A stretch of DNA of 64,000 nt, from positions 10,416,001 to 10,480,000 of the forward strand of contig OZ316776.1 of NCBI GenBank assembly GCA_973851085.1, in the 5' to 3' direction. Both the position numbers and the translations under genes were made by a program. Below the pieces are notes generated by a model. The model was not told the origin of the DNA. It made no database searches and was given only the letters and a program-made list of their open reading frames with translations. This stretch comes from Ptychomitrium polyphyllum. Lineage: Eukaryota. Below are positions 49,501 through 61,560 of the stretch, one piece after another. Every line of letters starts with the position of its first letter. The first letter of the stretch is position 1.

Positions 49501-52500
49501 GCAAGGATAAACACCCAGATAGGTCTAAGGAAGTAATAGCCTTCAACTCTCCAATTTGCTGTGGAAGTTGCTGCAGGGATGAACACCCAGATAGGTCCAA
49601 GGACGTAAGAGCCTTCAACTCTCCAATTTGCTGTGGAAGTTGCTGCAAGGATGAACACCCAGATAGGCCCAAGCACGTAAGAGCCTTCAACTCTCCAATT
49701 TGTTGTGGAAGTTGCTGCAAGGATGAACACGTAGATAGGTCCAAGGACGTAAGAGCCTTCAACTCTCCAATTTGTTAAGGAAGTTGCTGCAAGGATGAGC
49801 ACCCAGATAGGTCCAAGGACGTAAGAGCCTTCAACTCTCCAATTTGCTGTAGAAGTTGCTGCAAGGATGAACACCCAGATAGGTTTAAGGACATAAGAGC
49901 CTTCGACTCTCGAAATTGCTGTGGAAGTAGCTGCAAGGATGGACATCCAGATCGGTCCGAGGATGTAAAAGCCTTCAACTCTCCAATTTGCTGTGGAAGT
50001 AGCTGCATGGATGAACACCCAGATAGGTCCAAGGACGTAAGAGCCTTCAACTCTCCAATTTGTTGTGGAAGTTACTGCAAGGATGAACACCCAGATAGGT
50101 CCAAGTAAGTAAGAGCCTTCAACTCTCTAATTTGCTGTGGAAGTTGCTGCAAGGATAAACACCTAGATAGGTCCAAGTACGTAAGAGCCTTCAACTCTCC
50201 AATTTGCTGTGGAAGTTGCTGCAGGGATGAACACCCAGATAGGTCCAAGGACGTAAGAGCCTTCAACTCTCCATTTTGTTGTGGAAGTTGCTGCACGGAT
50301 GAACACCCAGATAGGTCCAAGGACGTAAGAGCCTTCAACTCTCCAATTTGTTGTGGAAGTTGCTGCAAGGATGAACACCCAGATAGGTCCAAGGACGTAA
50401 GAGCCTTCAACTCTCCAATTTGTTGTGGAAGTTGCTGCAAGGATGAACACCCAGATAGGTCCAAGGACGTAAGAGCCTTCAACTCTCTAATTTGCTGTGG
50501 AAGTTGCTGCAAGGATAAACACCTAGATAGGTCCAAGGACGTAACAGCCTTCAACTTTCCAATTTGCTGTGGAAGTTGCTGCAAGGATGAACACTTAGAT
50601 AGGTCCAAGGACGTAGGAGCCTTCAACTCTCCAATTTGCTATGGAAGTAGCTGCAAGGATGAACACCCAGATAGGTCCAAGGCGTAAGAGCCTTCAACTC
50701 TCCAATTTGCTGTATAAGTTGCTGCAGGGATGAACACCCAGATAGGTCCAAGGACGTAAGAGCCTTCAACTCTCCAATTCGTTGTGGAAGTTGCTGCAAG
50801 GATGAACACCCAGATAGGTCCAAGCACGTAAGAGCCTTCAACTCTCCAATTTGTTGTGGAAGTTGCTGCAAGGATGAACACCCAGATAGGTCCAAGGACG
50901 TAAGAGCCTTCAACTCTCTAATTTGCTGTGGAAGTTGCTGCAGGGATGAACACCCAGATAGGTCCAAGGACGTAAGAGCCTTCAACTCTCCAATTTGTTG
51001 TGGAAGTTGCTGCAAGGATGAACACCCAGATAGGTCCAAGGACATAAGAGCCTTCAACTCTCCAATTTGCTGTGGAAGTTGCGGCAAGGATTAACACCTA
51101 GATAGGTCCAAGGACGTAAGAGCCTTCAACTCTCTAATTTGCTGTGGAAGTTGCTACAAGGATAAACACCCAGATAGGTCCAAGGACATAAGAGCCTTCA
51201 ACTCTCCAATTTGCTGTGGAAGTTGCTGCAAGGATGAACACCCAGATAGGTCCAAGGACGTAAGAGCCTTCAACTCTCCAATTTGTTTTGGAAGTTGCTG
51301 CAAGGATGAACACCCAGATAGGTCCAAGGACGTAAGAGCCTTCAACTCTCCAATTTGTTGTGGAAGTTGCTGCAAGGATGAACACCCAGATATGTCCAAG
51401 GAAGTATGAGCCTTCAACTCTCTAATTTGCTGTGGAAGTTGCTGCAAGGATAAACACCCAGATAGGTCCAAGGACGTAACAGCCTTCAACTCTCCAATTT
51501 GCTGTGGAAGTTGCTGCAAGGATGAACACCCAGATAGCTCTAAGGTTATAAGAACCTTCAACTCTCCAATTTGTTGTGGAAGTTGCTGCAAGGATGAACA
51601 CCCAGATAGGTCCAAGGCGTAAGAGCCTTCAATTCTCCAATTTTCTGTGGAAGTTGCTGCAAGGATGAACACCCAGATAGGTCCAAGGACATAAGAGCCT
51701 TCAACTCTCCAATTTGCTGTGGAAGTTGCGGCAAGGATTAACACCTAGATAGGTCCAAGGAAGTAAGAGCCTTCAACTCTCTAATTTGCTGTGGAAGTTG
51801 CTGCAAGGATAAACACCTAGATAGGTCCAAGGAAGTAAGAGCGTTCAACTCTCCAATTTGCTGTGGAAGTTGCTGCAGGGATGAACACCCAGATAGGTCC
51901 AAGGACATAAGAGCCTTCAACTCTCCAATTTGCTGTGGAAGTTGCTGCATGGATGAACACCCAGATAGGTCCAAGGACGTAAGAGCCTTCAACTCTCCAA
52001 TTTGTTGTGGAAGTTGCTGCAAGGATGAACACCCAGATAGGTCCAAGTAAGTAAGAGCCTTCAACTCTCTAATTTGCTGTGGAAGTTGCTGCAAGGATAA
52101 ACACCTAGATAGGTCCAAGAACGTAAGAGCCTTCAACTCTCCAATTTGCTCTGGAAGTTGCTGCAGGGATGAACACCCAGATAGGTCCAAGGACGTAAGA
52201 GCCTTCAACTCTCCAATTTGTTGTGGAAGTTGCTGCAAGGATGAACAGCCAGATAGGTCCAAGGACGTAACAGCCTTCAACTCTCCAATTTGTTGTGGAA
52301 GTTGCTGCAAGGATGAACACCCAGATAGGTCCAAGGACGTAGGAGCCTTCAACTCTCCAATTTGCTATGGAAGTAGCTGCAAGGATGAACACCCAGATAG
52401 GTCCAAGGCGTAAGAGCCTTCAATTCTCCAATTTTCTGTGGAAGTTGCTGCAAGGATGAACACCCAGATAGGTCCAAGGACATAAGAGCCTTCAACTCTC

Positions 52501-52528
52501 CAATTTGCTGTGGAAGTTGCGGCAAGGA

Positions 52529-53821
52529 TTAACACCTAGATAGGTCCAAGGAAGTAAGAGCCTTCAACTCTCTAATTTGCTGTGGAAGTTGCTGCAAGGA
52601 TAAACACCTAGATAGGTCCAAGGAAGTAAGAGCGTTCAACTCTCCAATTTGCTGTGGAAGTTGCTGCAGGGATGAACACCCAGATAGGTCCAAGGACATA
52701 AGAGCCTTCAACTCTCCAATTTGCTGTGGAAGTTGCTGCATGGATGAACACCCAGATAGGTCCAAGGACGTAAGAGCCTTCAACTCTCCAATTTGTTGTG
52801 GAAGTTGCTGCAAGGATGAACACCCAGATAGGTCCAAGTAAGTAAGAGCCTTCAACTCTCTAATTTGCTGTGGAAGTTGCTGCAAGGATAAACACCTAGA
52901 TAGGTCCAAGAACGTAAGAGCCTTCAACTCTCCAATTTGCTGTGGAAGTTGCTGCAGGGATGAACACCCAGATAGGTCCAAGGACGTAAGAGCCTTCAAC
53001 TCTCCAATTTGTTGTGGAAGTTGCTGCAAGGATGAACAGCCAGATAGGTCCAAGGACGTAAGAGCCTTCAACTCTCCAATTTGCTGTATAAGTTGCTGCA
53101 GGGATGAACACCCAGATAGGTCCAAGGACGTAAGAGCCTTCAACTCTCCAATTCGTTGTGGAAGTTGCTGCAAGGATGAACACCCAGATAGGTCCAAGCA
53201 CGTAAGAGCCTTCAACTCTCCAATTTGTTGTGGAAGTTGCTGCAAGGATGAACACCCAGATAGGTCCAAGGACGTAAGAGCCTTCAACTCTCTAATTTGC
53301 TGTGGAAGTTGCTGCAGGGATGAACACCCAGATAGGTCCAAGGACGTAAGAGCCTTCAACTCTCCAATTTGTTGTGGAAGTTGCTGCAAGGATGAACACC
53401 CAGATAGGTCCAAGGACGTAAGAGCCTTCAACTCTCTAATTTGCTGTGGAAGTTGCTGCAGGGATGAACACCCAGATAGGTCCATGGACGTAAGAGCCTT
53501 CAACTCTCCAATTCGTTGTGGAAGTTGCTGCAAGGATGAACACCCAGATAGGTCCAAGCACGTAAGAGCCTTCAACTCTCCAATTTGTTGTGGAAGTTGC
53601 TGCAAGGATGAACACCCAGATAGGTCCAAGGACGTAAGAGCCTTCAACTCTCTAATTTGCTGTGGAAGTTGCTGCAGGGATGAACACCCAGATAGGTCCA
53701 AGGACAAAAGAGCCTTCAACTCTCCAATTTGTTGTGGAAGTTGCTGCAAGGATGAACACCCAGATAGGTCCAAGGACATAAGAGCCTTCAACTCTCCAAT
53801 TTGCTGTGGAAGTTGCGGCAA
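52529..53821 (-). other. Longest uninterrupted LRR-frame segment (430 aa, ~18 LRRs); open stretch between two TAA-variant monomers, not an independent gene
   Basis: ORF track. The start is a TTG inside the repeat, and both ends are set by the recurrent gattaacacc stop variant. Confidence 0.6.
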
Positions 53822-56800
53822 GGATTAACACCTAGATAGGTCCAAGGACGTAAGAGCCTTCAACTCTCTAATTTGCTGTGGAAGTTGCTACAAGGATAAA
53901 CACCCAGATAGGTCCAAGGACATAAGAGCCTTCAACTCTCCAATTTGCTGTGGAAGTTGCTGCAAGGATGAACACCCAGATAGGTCCAAGGACGTAAGAG
54001 CCTTCAACTCTCCAATTTGTTTTGGAAGTTGCTGCAAGGATGAACACCCAGATAGGTCCAAGGACGTAAGAGCCTTCAACTCTCCAATTTGTTGTGGAAG
54101 TTGCTGCAAGGATGAACACCCAGATATGTCCAAGGAAGTATGAGCCTTCAACTCTCTAATTTGCTGTGGAAGTTGCTGCAAGGATAAACACCCAGATAGG
54201 TCCAAGGACGTAACAGCCTTCAACTCTCCAATTTGCTGTGGAAGTTGCTGCAAGGATGAACACCCAGATAGCTCTAAGGTTATAAGAACCTTCAACTCTC
54301 CAATTTTCTGTGGAAGTTGCTGCAAGGATGAACACTTAGATAGGTCCAAGGACGTAGGAGCCTTCAACTCTCCAATTTGCTATGGAAGTAGCTGCAAGGA
54401 TGAACACCCAGATAGGTCCAAGGCGTAAGAGCCTTCAATTCTCCAATTTTCTGTGGAAGTTGCTGCAAGGATGAACACCCAGATAGGTCCAAGGACATAA
54501 GAGCCTTCAACTCTCCAATTTGCTGTGGAAGTTGCGGCAAGGATTAACACCTAGATAGGTCCAAGGAAGTAAGAGCCTTCAACTCTCTAATTTGCTGTGG
54601 AAGTTGCTGCAAGGATAAACACCTAGATAGGTCCAAGGAAGTAAGAGCCTTCAACTCTCCAATTTGCTATGGAAGTTGCTGCAGGGATGAACACCCAGAT
54701 AGGTCCAAGGACATAAGAGCCTTCAACTCTCCAATTTGCTGTGGAAGTTGCTGCATGGATGAACACCCAGATAGGTCCAAGGACGTAAGAGCCTTCAACT
54801 CTCCAATTTGTTGTGGAAGTTGCTGCAAGGATGAACACCCAGATAGGTCCAAGTAAGTAAGAGCCTTCAACTCTCTAATTTGCTGTGGAAGTTGCTGCAA
54901 GGATAAACACCTAGATAGGTCCAAGAACAAAAGAGCCTTCAACTCTCCAATTTGCTGTGGAAGTTGCTGCAAGGATAAACACCCAGATAGGTCCAAGGAC
55001 GTAAGAGCCTTCAACTCTCCAATTTGCTGTGGAAGTTGCTGCAAGGATGAACACCCAGATAGCTCTAAGGTTATAAGAACCTTCAACTCTCCAATTTTCT
55101 GTGGAAGTTGCTGCAAGGATGAACACTTAGATAGGTCCAAGGACGTAGGAGCCTTCAACTCTCCAATTTGCTATGGAAGTAGCTGCAAGGATGAACACCC
55201 AGATAGGTCCAAGGCGTAAGAGCCTTCAATTCTCCAATTTTCTGTGGAAGTTGCTGCAAGGATGAACACTCAGATAGGTCCAAGGACATAAGAGCCTTCA
55301 ACTCTCCAATTTGCTGTGGAAGTTGCGGCAAGGATTAACACCTAGATAGGTCCAAGGAAGTAAGAGCCTTCAACTCTCTAATTTGCTGTGGAAGTTGCTG
55401 CAAGGATAAACACCTAGATATGTCCAAGGAAGTAAGAGCCTTCAACTCTCCAATTTGCTATGGAAGTTGCTGCAGGGATGAACATCCAGATAGGTCCAAG
55501 GACATAAGAGCCTTCAACTCTCCAATTTGCTGTGGAAGTTGCTGCATGGATGAACACCCAGATAGGTCCAAGGACGTAAGAGCCTTCAACTCTCCAATTT
55601 GTTGTGGAAGTTGCTGCAAGGATGAACACCCAGATAGGTCCAAGGACGTAAGAGCCTTCAACTCTCCAATTCGTTGTGGAAGTTGCTGCAAGGATGAACA
55701 CCCAGATAGGTCCAAGCACGTAAGAGCCTTCAACTCTCCAATTTGTTGTGGAAGTTGCTGCAAGGATGAACACCCAGATAGGTCCAAGGACGTAAGAGCC
55801 TTCAACTCTCTAATTTGCTGTGGAAGTTGCTGCAGGGATGAACACCCAGATAGGTCCAAGGACGTAAGAGCCTTCAACTCTCCAATTTGTTGTGGAAGTT
55901 GCTGCAAGGATGAACACCCAGATAGGTCCAAGGACGTAAGAGCCTTCAACTCTCTAATTTGCTGTGGAAGTTGCTGCAGGGATGAACACCCAGATAGGTC
56001 CAAGGACGTAAGAGCCTTCAACTCTCCAATTCGTTGTGGAAGTTGCTGCAAGGATGAACACCCAGATAGGTCCAAGCACGTAAGAGCCTTCAACTCTCCA
56101 ATTTGTTGTGGAAGTTGCTGCAAGGATGAACACCCAGATAGGTCCAAGGACGTAAGAGCCTTCAACTCTCTAATTTGCTGTGGAAGTTGCTGCAGGGATG
56201 AACACCCAGATAGGTCCAAGGACGTAAGAGCCTTCAACTCTCCAATTTGTTGTGGAAGTTGCTGCAAGGATGAACACCCAGATAGGTCCAAGGACATAAG
56301 AGCCTTCAACTCTCCAATTTGCTGTGGAAGTTGCGGCAAGGATTAACACCTAGATAGGTCCAAGGACGTAAGAGCCTTCAACTCTCTAATTTGCTGTGGA
56401 AGTTGCTACAAGGATAAACACCCAGATAGGTCCAAGGACATAAGAGCCTTCAACTCTCCAATTTGCTGTGGAAGTTGCTGCAAGGATGAACACCCAGATA
56501 GGTCCAAGGACGTAAGAGCCTTCAACTCTCCAATTTGTTTTGGAAGTTGCTGCAAGGATGAACACCCAGATAGGTCCAAGGACGTAAGAGCCTTCAACTC
56601 TCCAATTTGTTGTGGAAGTTGCTGCAAGGATGAACACCCAGATATGTCCAAGGAAGTATGAGCCTTCAACTCTCTAATTTGCTGTGGAAGTTGCTGCAAG
56701 GATAAACACCCAGATAGGTCCAAGGACGTAACAGCCTTCAACTCTCCAATTTGCTGTGGAAGTTGCTGCAAGGATGAACACCCAGATAGCTCTAAGGTTA

Positions 56801-59800
56801 TAAGAACCTTCAACTCTCCAATTTTCTGTGGAAGTTGCTGCAAGGATGAACACTTAGATAGGTCCAAGGACGTAGGAGCCTTCAACTCTCCAATTTGCTA
56901 TGGAAGTAGCTGCAAGGATGAACACCCAGATAGGTCCAAGGCGTAAGAGCCTTCAATTCTCCAATTTTCTGTGGAAGTTGCTGCAGGGATGAACACCCAG
57001 ATAGGTCCAAGGACGTAAGAGCCTTCAACTCTCCGATTTGTTGTGGAAGTTGCTGCAAGGATGAACACCCAGATAGGTCCAAGGACGTAAGAGCCTTCAA
57101 CTCTCTAATTTGCTGTGGAAGTTGCTGCAGGGATGAACACCCAGATAGGTCCAAGCACGTAAGAGCCTTCAACTCTCCAATTTGTTGTGGAAGTTGCTGC
57201 AAGGATGAACACCCAGATAGGTCCAAGGACGTAAGAGCCTTCAACTCTCTAATTTGCTGTGGAAGTTGCTGCAGGGATGAACACCCAGATAGGTCCAAGG
57301 ACAAAAGAGCCTTCAACTCTCCAATTTGTTGTGGAAGTTGCTGCAAGGATGAACACCCAGATAGGTCCAAGGACATAAGAGCCTTCAACTCTCCAATTTG
57401 CTGTGGAAGTTGCGGCAAGGATTAACACCTAGATAGGTCCAAGGACGTAAGAGCCTTCAACTCTCTAATTTGCTGTGGAAGTTGCTACAAGGATAAACAC
57501 CCAGATAGGTCCAAGGACATAAGAGCCTTCAACTCTCCAATTTGCTGTGGAAGTTGCTGCAAGGATGAACACCCAGATAGGTCCAAGGACGTAAGAGCCT
57601 TCAACTCTCCAATTTGTTTTGGAAGTTGCTGCAAGGATGAACACCCAGATAGGTCCAAGGACGTAAGAGCCTTCAACTCTCCAATTTGTTGTGGAAGTTG
57701 CTGCAAGGATGAACACCCAGATATGTCCAAGGAAGTATGAGCCTTCAACTCTCTAATTTGCTGTGGAAGTTGCTGCAAGGATAAACACCCAGATAGGTCC
57801 AAGGACGTAACAGCCTTCAACTCTCCAATTTGCTGTGGAAGTTGCTGCAAGGATGAACACCCAGATAGCTCTAAGGTTATAAGAACCTTCAACTCTCCAA
57901 TTTTCTGTGGAAGTTGCTGCAAGGATGAACACTTAGATAGGTCCAAGGACGTAGGAGCCTTCAACTCTCCAATTTGCTATGGAAGTAGCTGCAAGGATGA
58001 ACACCCAGATAGGTCCAAGGCGTAAGAGCCTTCAATTCTCCAATTTTCTGTGGAAGTTGCTGCAAGGATGAACACCCAGATAGGTCCAAGGACATAAGAG
58101 CCTTCAACTCTCCAATTTGCTGTGGAAGTTGCGGCAAGGATTAACACCTAGATAGGTCCAAGGAAGTAAGAGCCTTCAACTCTCTAATTTGCTGTGGAAG
58201 TTGCTGCAAGGATAAACACCTAGATAGGTCCAAGGAAGTAAGAGCCTTCAACTCTCCAATTTGCTATGGAAGTTGCTGCAGGGATGAACACCCAGATAGG
58301 TCCAAGGACATAAGAGCCTTCAACTCTCCAATTTGCTGTGGAAGTTGCTGCATGGATGAACACCCAGATAGGTCCAAGGACGTAAGAGCCTTCAACTCTC
58401 CAATTTGTTGTGGAAGTTGCTGCAAGGATGAACACCCAGATAGGTCCAAGTAAGTAAGAGCCTTCAACTCTCTAATTTGCTGTGGAAGTTGCTGCAAGGA
58501 TAAACACCTAGATAGGTCCAAGAACAAAAGAGCCTTCAACTCTCCAATTTGCTGTGGAAGTTGCTGCAAGGATAAACACCCAGATAGGTCCAAGGACGTA
58601 AGAGCCTTCAACTCTCCAATTTGCTGTGGAAGTTGCTGCAAGGATGAACACCCAGATAGCTCTAAGGTTATAAGAACCTTCAACTCTCCAATTTTCTGTG
58701 GAAGTTGCTGCAAGGATGAACACTTAGATAGGTCCAAGGACGTAGGAGCCTTCAACTCTCCAATTTGCTATGGAAGTAGCTGCAAGGATGAACACCCAGA
58801 TAGGTCCAAGGCGTAAGAGCCTTCAATTCTCCAATTTTCTGTGGAAGTTGCTGCAAGGATGAACACCCAGATAGGTCCAAGGACATAAGAGCCTTCAACT
58901 CTCCAATTTGCTGTGGAAGTTGCTGCAAGGATGAACACCCAGATAGGTCCAAGGACATAAGAGCCTTCAACTCTCCAATTTGCTGTGGAAGTTGCTGCAA
59001 GGATAAACACCTAGATAGGTCCAAGGAAGTAAGAGCCTTCAACTCTCCAATTTGCTATGGAAGTTGCTGCAGGGATGAACACCCAGATAGGTCCAAGGAC
59101 ATAAGAGCCTTCAACTCTCCAATTTGCTGTGGAAGTTGCTGCATGGATGAACACCCAGATAGGTCCAAGGACGTAAGAGCCTTCAACTCTCCAATTTGTT
59201 GTGGAAGTTGCTGCAAGGATGAACACCCAGATAGGTCCAAGGACGTAAGAGCCTTCAACTCTCCAATTCGTTGTGGAAGTTGCTGCAAGGATGAACACCC
59301 AGATAGGTCCAAGCACGTAAGAGCCTTCAACTCTCCAATTTGTTGTGGAAGTTGCTGCAAGGATGAACACCCAGATAGGTCCAAGGACGTAAGAGCCTTC
59401 AACTCTCTAATTTGCTGTGGAAGTTGCTGCAGGGATGAACACCCAGATAGGTCCAAGGACGTAAGAGCCTTCAACTCTCCAATTTGTTGTGGAAGTTGCT
59501 GCAAGGATGAACACCCAGATAGGTCCAAGGACGTAAGAGCCTTCAACTCTCTAATTTGCTGTGGAAGTTGCTGCAGGGATGAACACCCAGATAGGTCCAA
59601 GGACGTAAGAGCCTTCAACTCTCCAATTCGTTGTGGAAGTTGCTGCAAGGATGAACACCCAGATAGGTCCAAGCACGTAAGAGCCTTCAACTCTCCAATT
59701 TGTTGTGGAAGTTGCTGCAAGGATGAACATCCAGATAGGTCCAAGGACGTAAGAGCCTTCAACTCTCTAATTTGCTGTGGAAGTTGCTGCAGGGATGAAC

Positions 59801-61560
59801 ACCCAGATAGGTCCAAGGACGTAAGAGCCTTCAACTCTCCAATTTGTTGTGGAAGTTGCTGCAAGGATGAACACCCAGATAGGTCCAAGGACATAAGAGC
59901 CTTCAACTCTCCAATTTGCTGTGGAAGTTGCGGCAAGGATTAACACCTAGATAGGTCCAAGGACGTAAGAGCCTTCAACTCTCTAATTTGCTGTGGAAGT
60001 TGCTACAAGGATAAACACCCAGATAGGTCCAAGGACATAAGAGCCTTCAACTCTCCAATTTGCTGTGGAAGTTGCTGCAAGGATGAACACCCAGATAGGT
60101 CCAAGGACGTAAGAGCCTTCAACTCTCCAATTTGTTTTGGAAGTTGCTGCAAGGATGAACACCCAGATAGGTCCAAGGACGTAAGAGCCTTCAACTCTCC
60201 AATTTGTTGTGGAAGTTGCTGCAAGGATGAACACCCAGATATGTCCAAGGAAGTATGAGCCTTCAACTCTCTAATTTGCTGTGGAAGTTGCTGCAAGGAT
60301 GAACACCCAGATAGGTCCAAGGACGTAAGAGCCTTCAACTCTCCAATTTGTTTTGGAAGTTGCTGCAAGGATAAACACCCAGATAGGTCCAAGGACGTAA
60401 CAGCCTTCAACTCTCCAATTTGCTGTGGAAGTTGCTGCAAGGATGAACACCCAGATAGCTCTAAGGTTATAAGAACCTTCAACTCTCCAATTTTCTGTGG
60501 AAGTTGCTGCAAGGATGAACACTTAGATAGGTCCAAGGACGTAGGAGCCTTCAACTCTCCAATTTGCTATGGAAGTAGCTGCAAGGATGAACACCCAGAT
60601 AGGTCCAAGGCGTAAGAGCCTTCAATTCTCCAATTTTCTGTGGAAGTTGCTGCAAGGATGAACACCCAGATAGGTCCAAGGACATAAGAGCCTTCAACTC
60701 TCCAATTTGCTGTGGAAGTTGCGGCAAGGATTAACACCTAGATAGGTCCAAGGAAGTAAGAGCCTTCAACTCTCTAATTTGCTGTGGAAGTTGCTGCAAG
60801 GATAAACACCTAGATAGGTCCAAGGAAGTAAGAGCCTTCAACTCTCCAATTTGCTATGGAAGTTGCTGCAGGGATGAACACCCAGATAGGTCCAAGGACA
60901 TAAGAGCCTTCAACTCTCCAATTTGCTGTGGAAGTTGCTGCATGGATGAACACCCAGATAGGTCCAAGGACGTAAGAGCCTTCAACTCTCCAATTTGTTG
61001 TGGAAGTTGCTGCAAGGATGAACACCCAGATAGGTCCAAGTAAGTAAGAGCCTTCAACTCTCTAATTTGCTGTGGAAGTTGCTGCAAGGATAAACACCTA
61101 GATAGGTCCAAGAACAAAAGAGCCTTCAACTCTCCAATTTGCTGTGGAAGTTGCTGCAAGGATAAACACCCAGATAGGTCCAAGGACGTAAGAGCCTTCA
61201 ACTCTCCAATTTGCTGTGGAAGTTGCTGCAAGGATGAACACCCAGATAGCTCTAAGGTTATAAGAACCTTCAACTCTCCAATTTTCTGTGGAAGTTGCTG
61301 CAAGGATGAACACTTAGATAGGTCCAAGGACGTAGGAGCCTTCAACTCTCCAATTTGCTATGGAAGTAGCTGCAAGGATGAACACCCAGATAGGTCCAAG
61401 GCGTAAGAGCCTTCAATTCTCCAATTTTCTGTGGAAGTTGCTGCAAGGATGAACACCCAGATAGGTCCAAGGACATAAGAGCCTTCAACTCTCCAATTTG
61501 CTGTGGAAGTTGCGGCAAGGATTAACACCTAGATAGGTCCAAGGAAGTAAGAGCCTTCAA
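53530..61560. repeat. Composite HOR region: 3597-bp duplication (50 monomers minus 3 bp) built from 2518- and 1079-bp sub-blocks, plus a further ~2590-bp copy
   Basis: ORF pairs 53888/57485, 54667/58264, 55458/59055 and 56406/60003 (3597); 53888/56406 and 57485/60003 (2518); 58264/60854 (2590). Confidence 0.88.

Noticed and set aside
47241..51500. Second 3382-bp offset (47241/50623, 47772/51154) equal to that at 33-39 kb, hinting at a preferred period
   Set aside because: The blocks carry different variant sets, and offsets are limited to multiples of 72 minus a few bases, so coincidence is likely.
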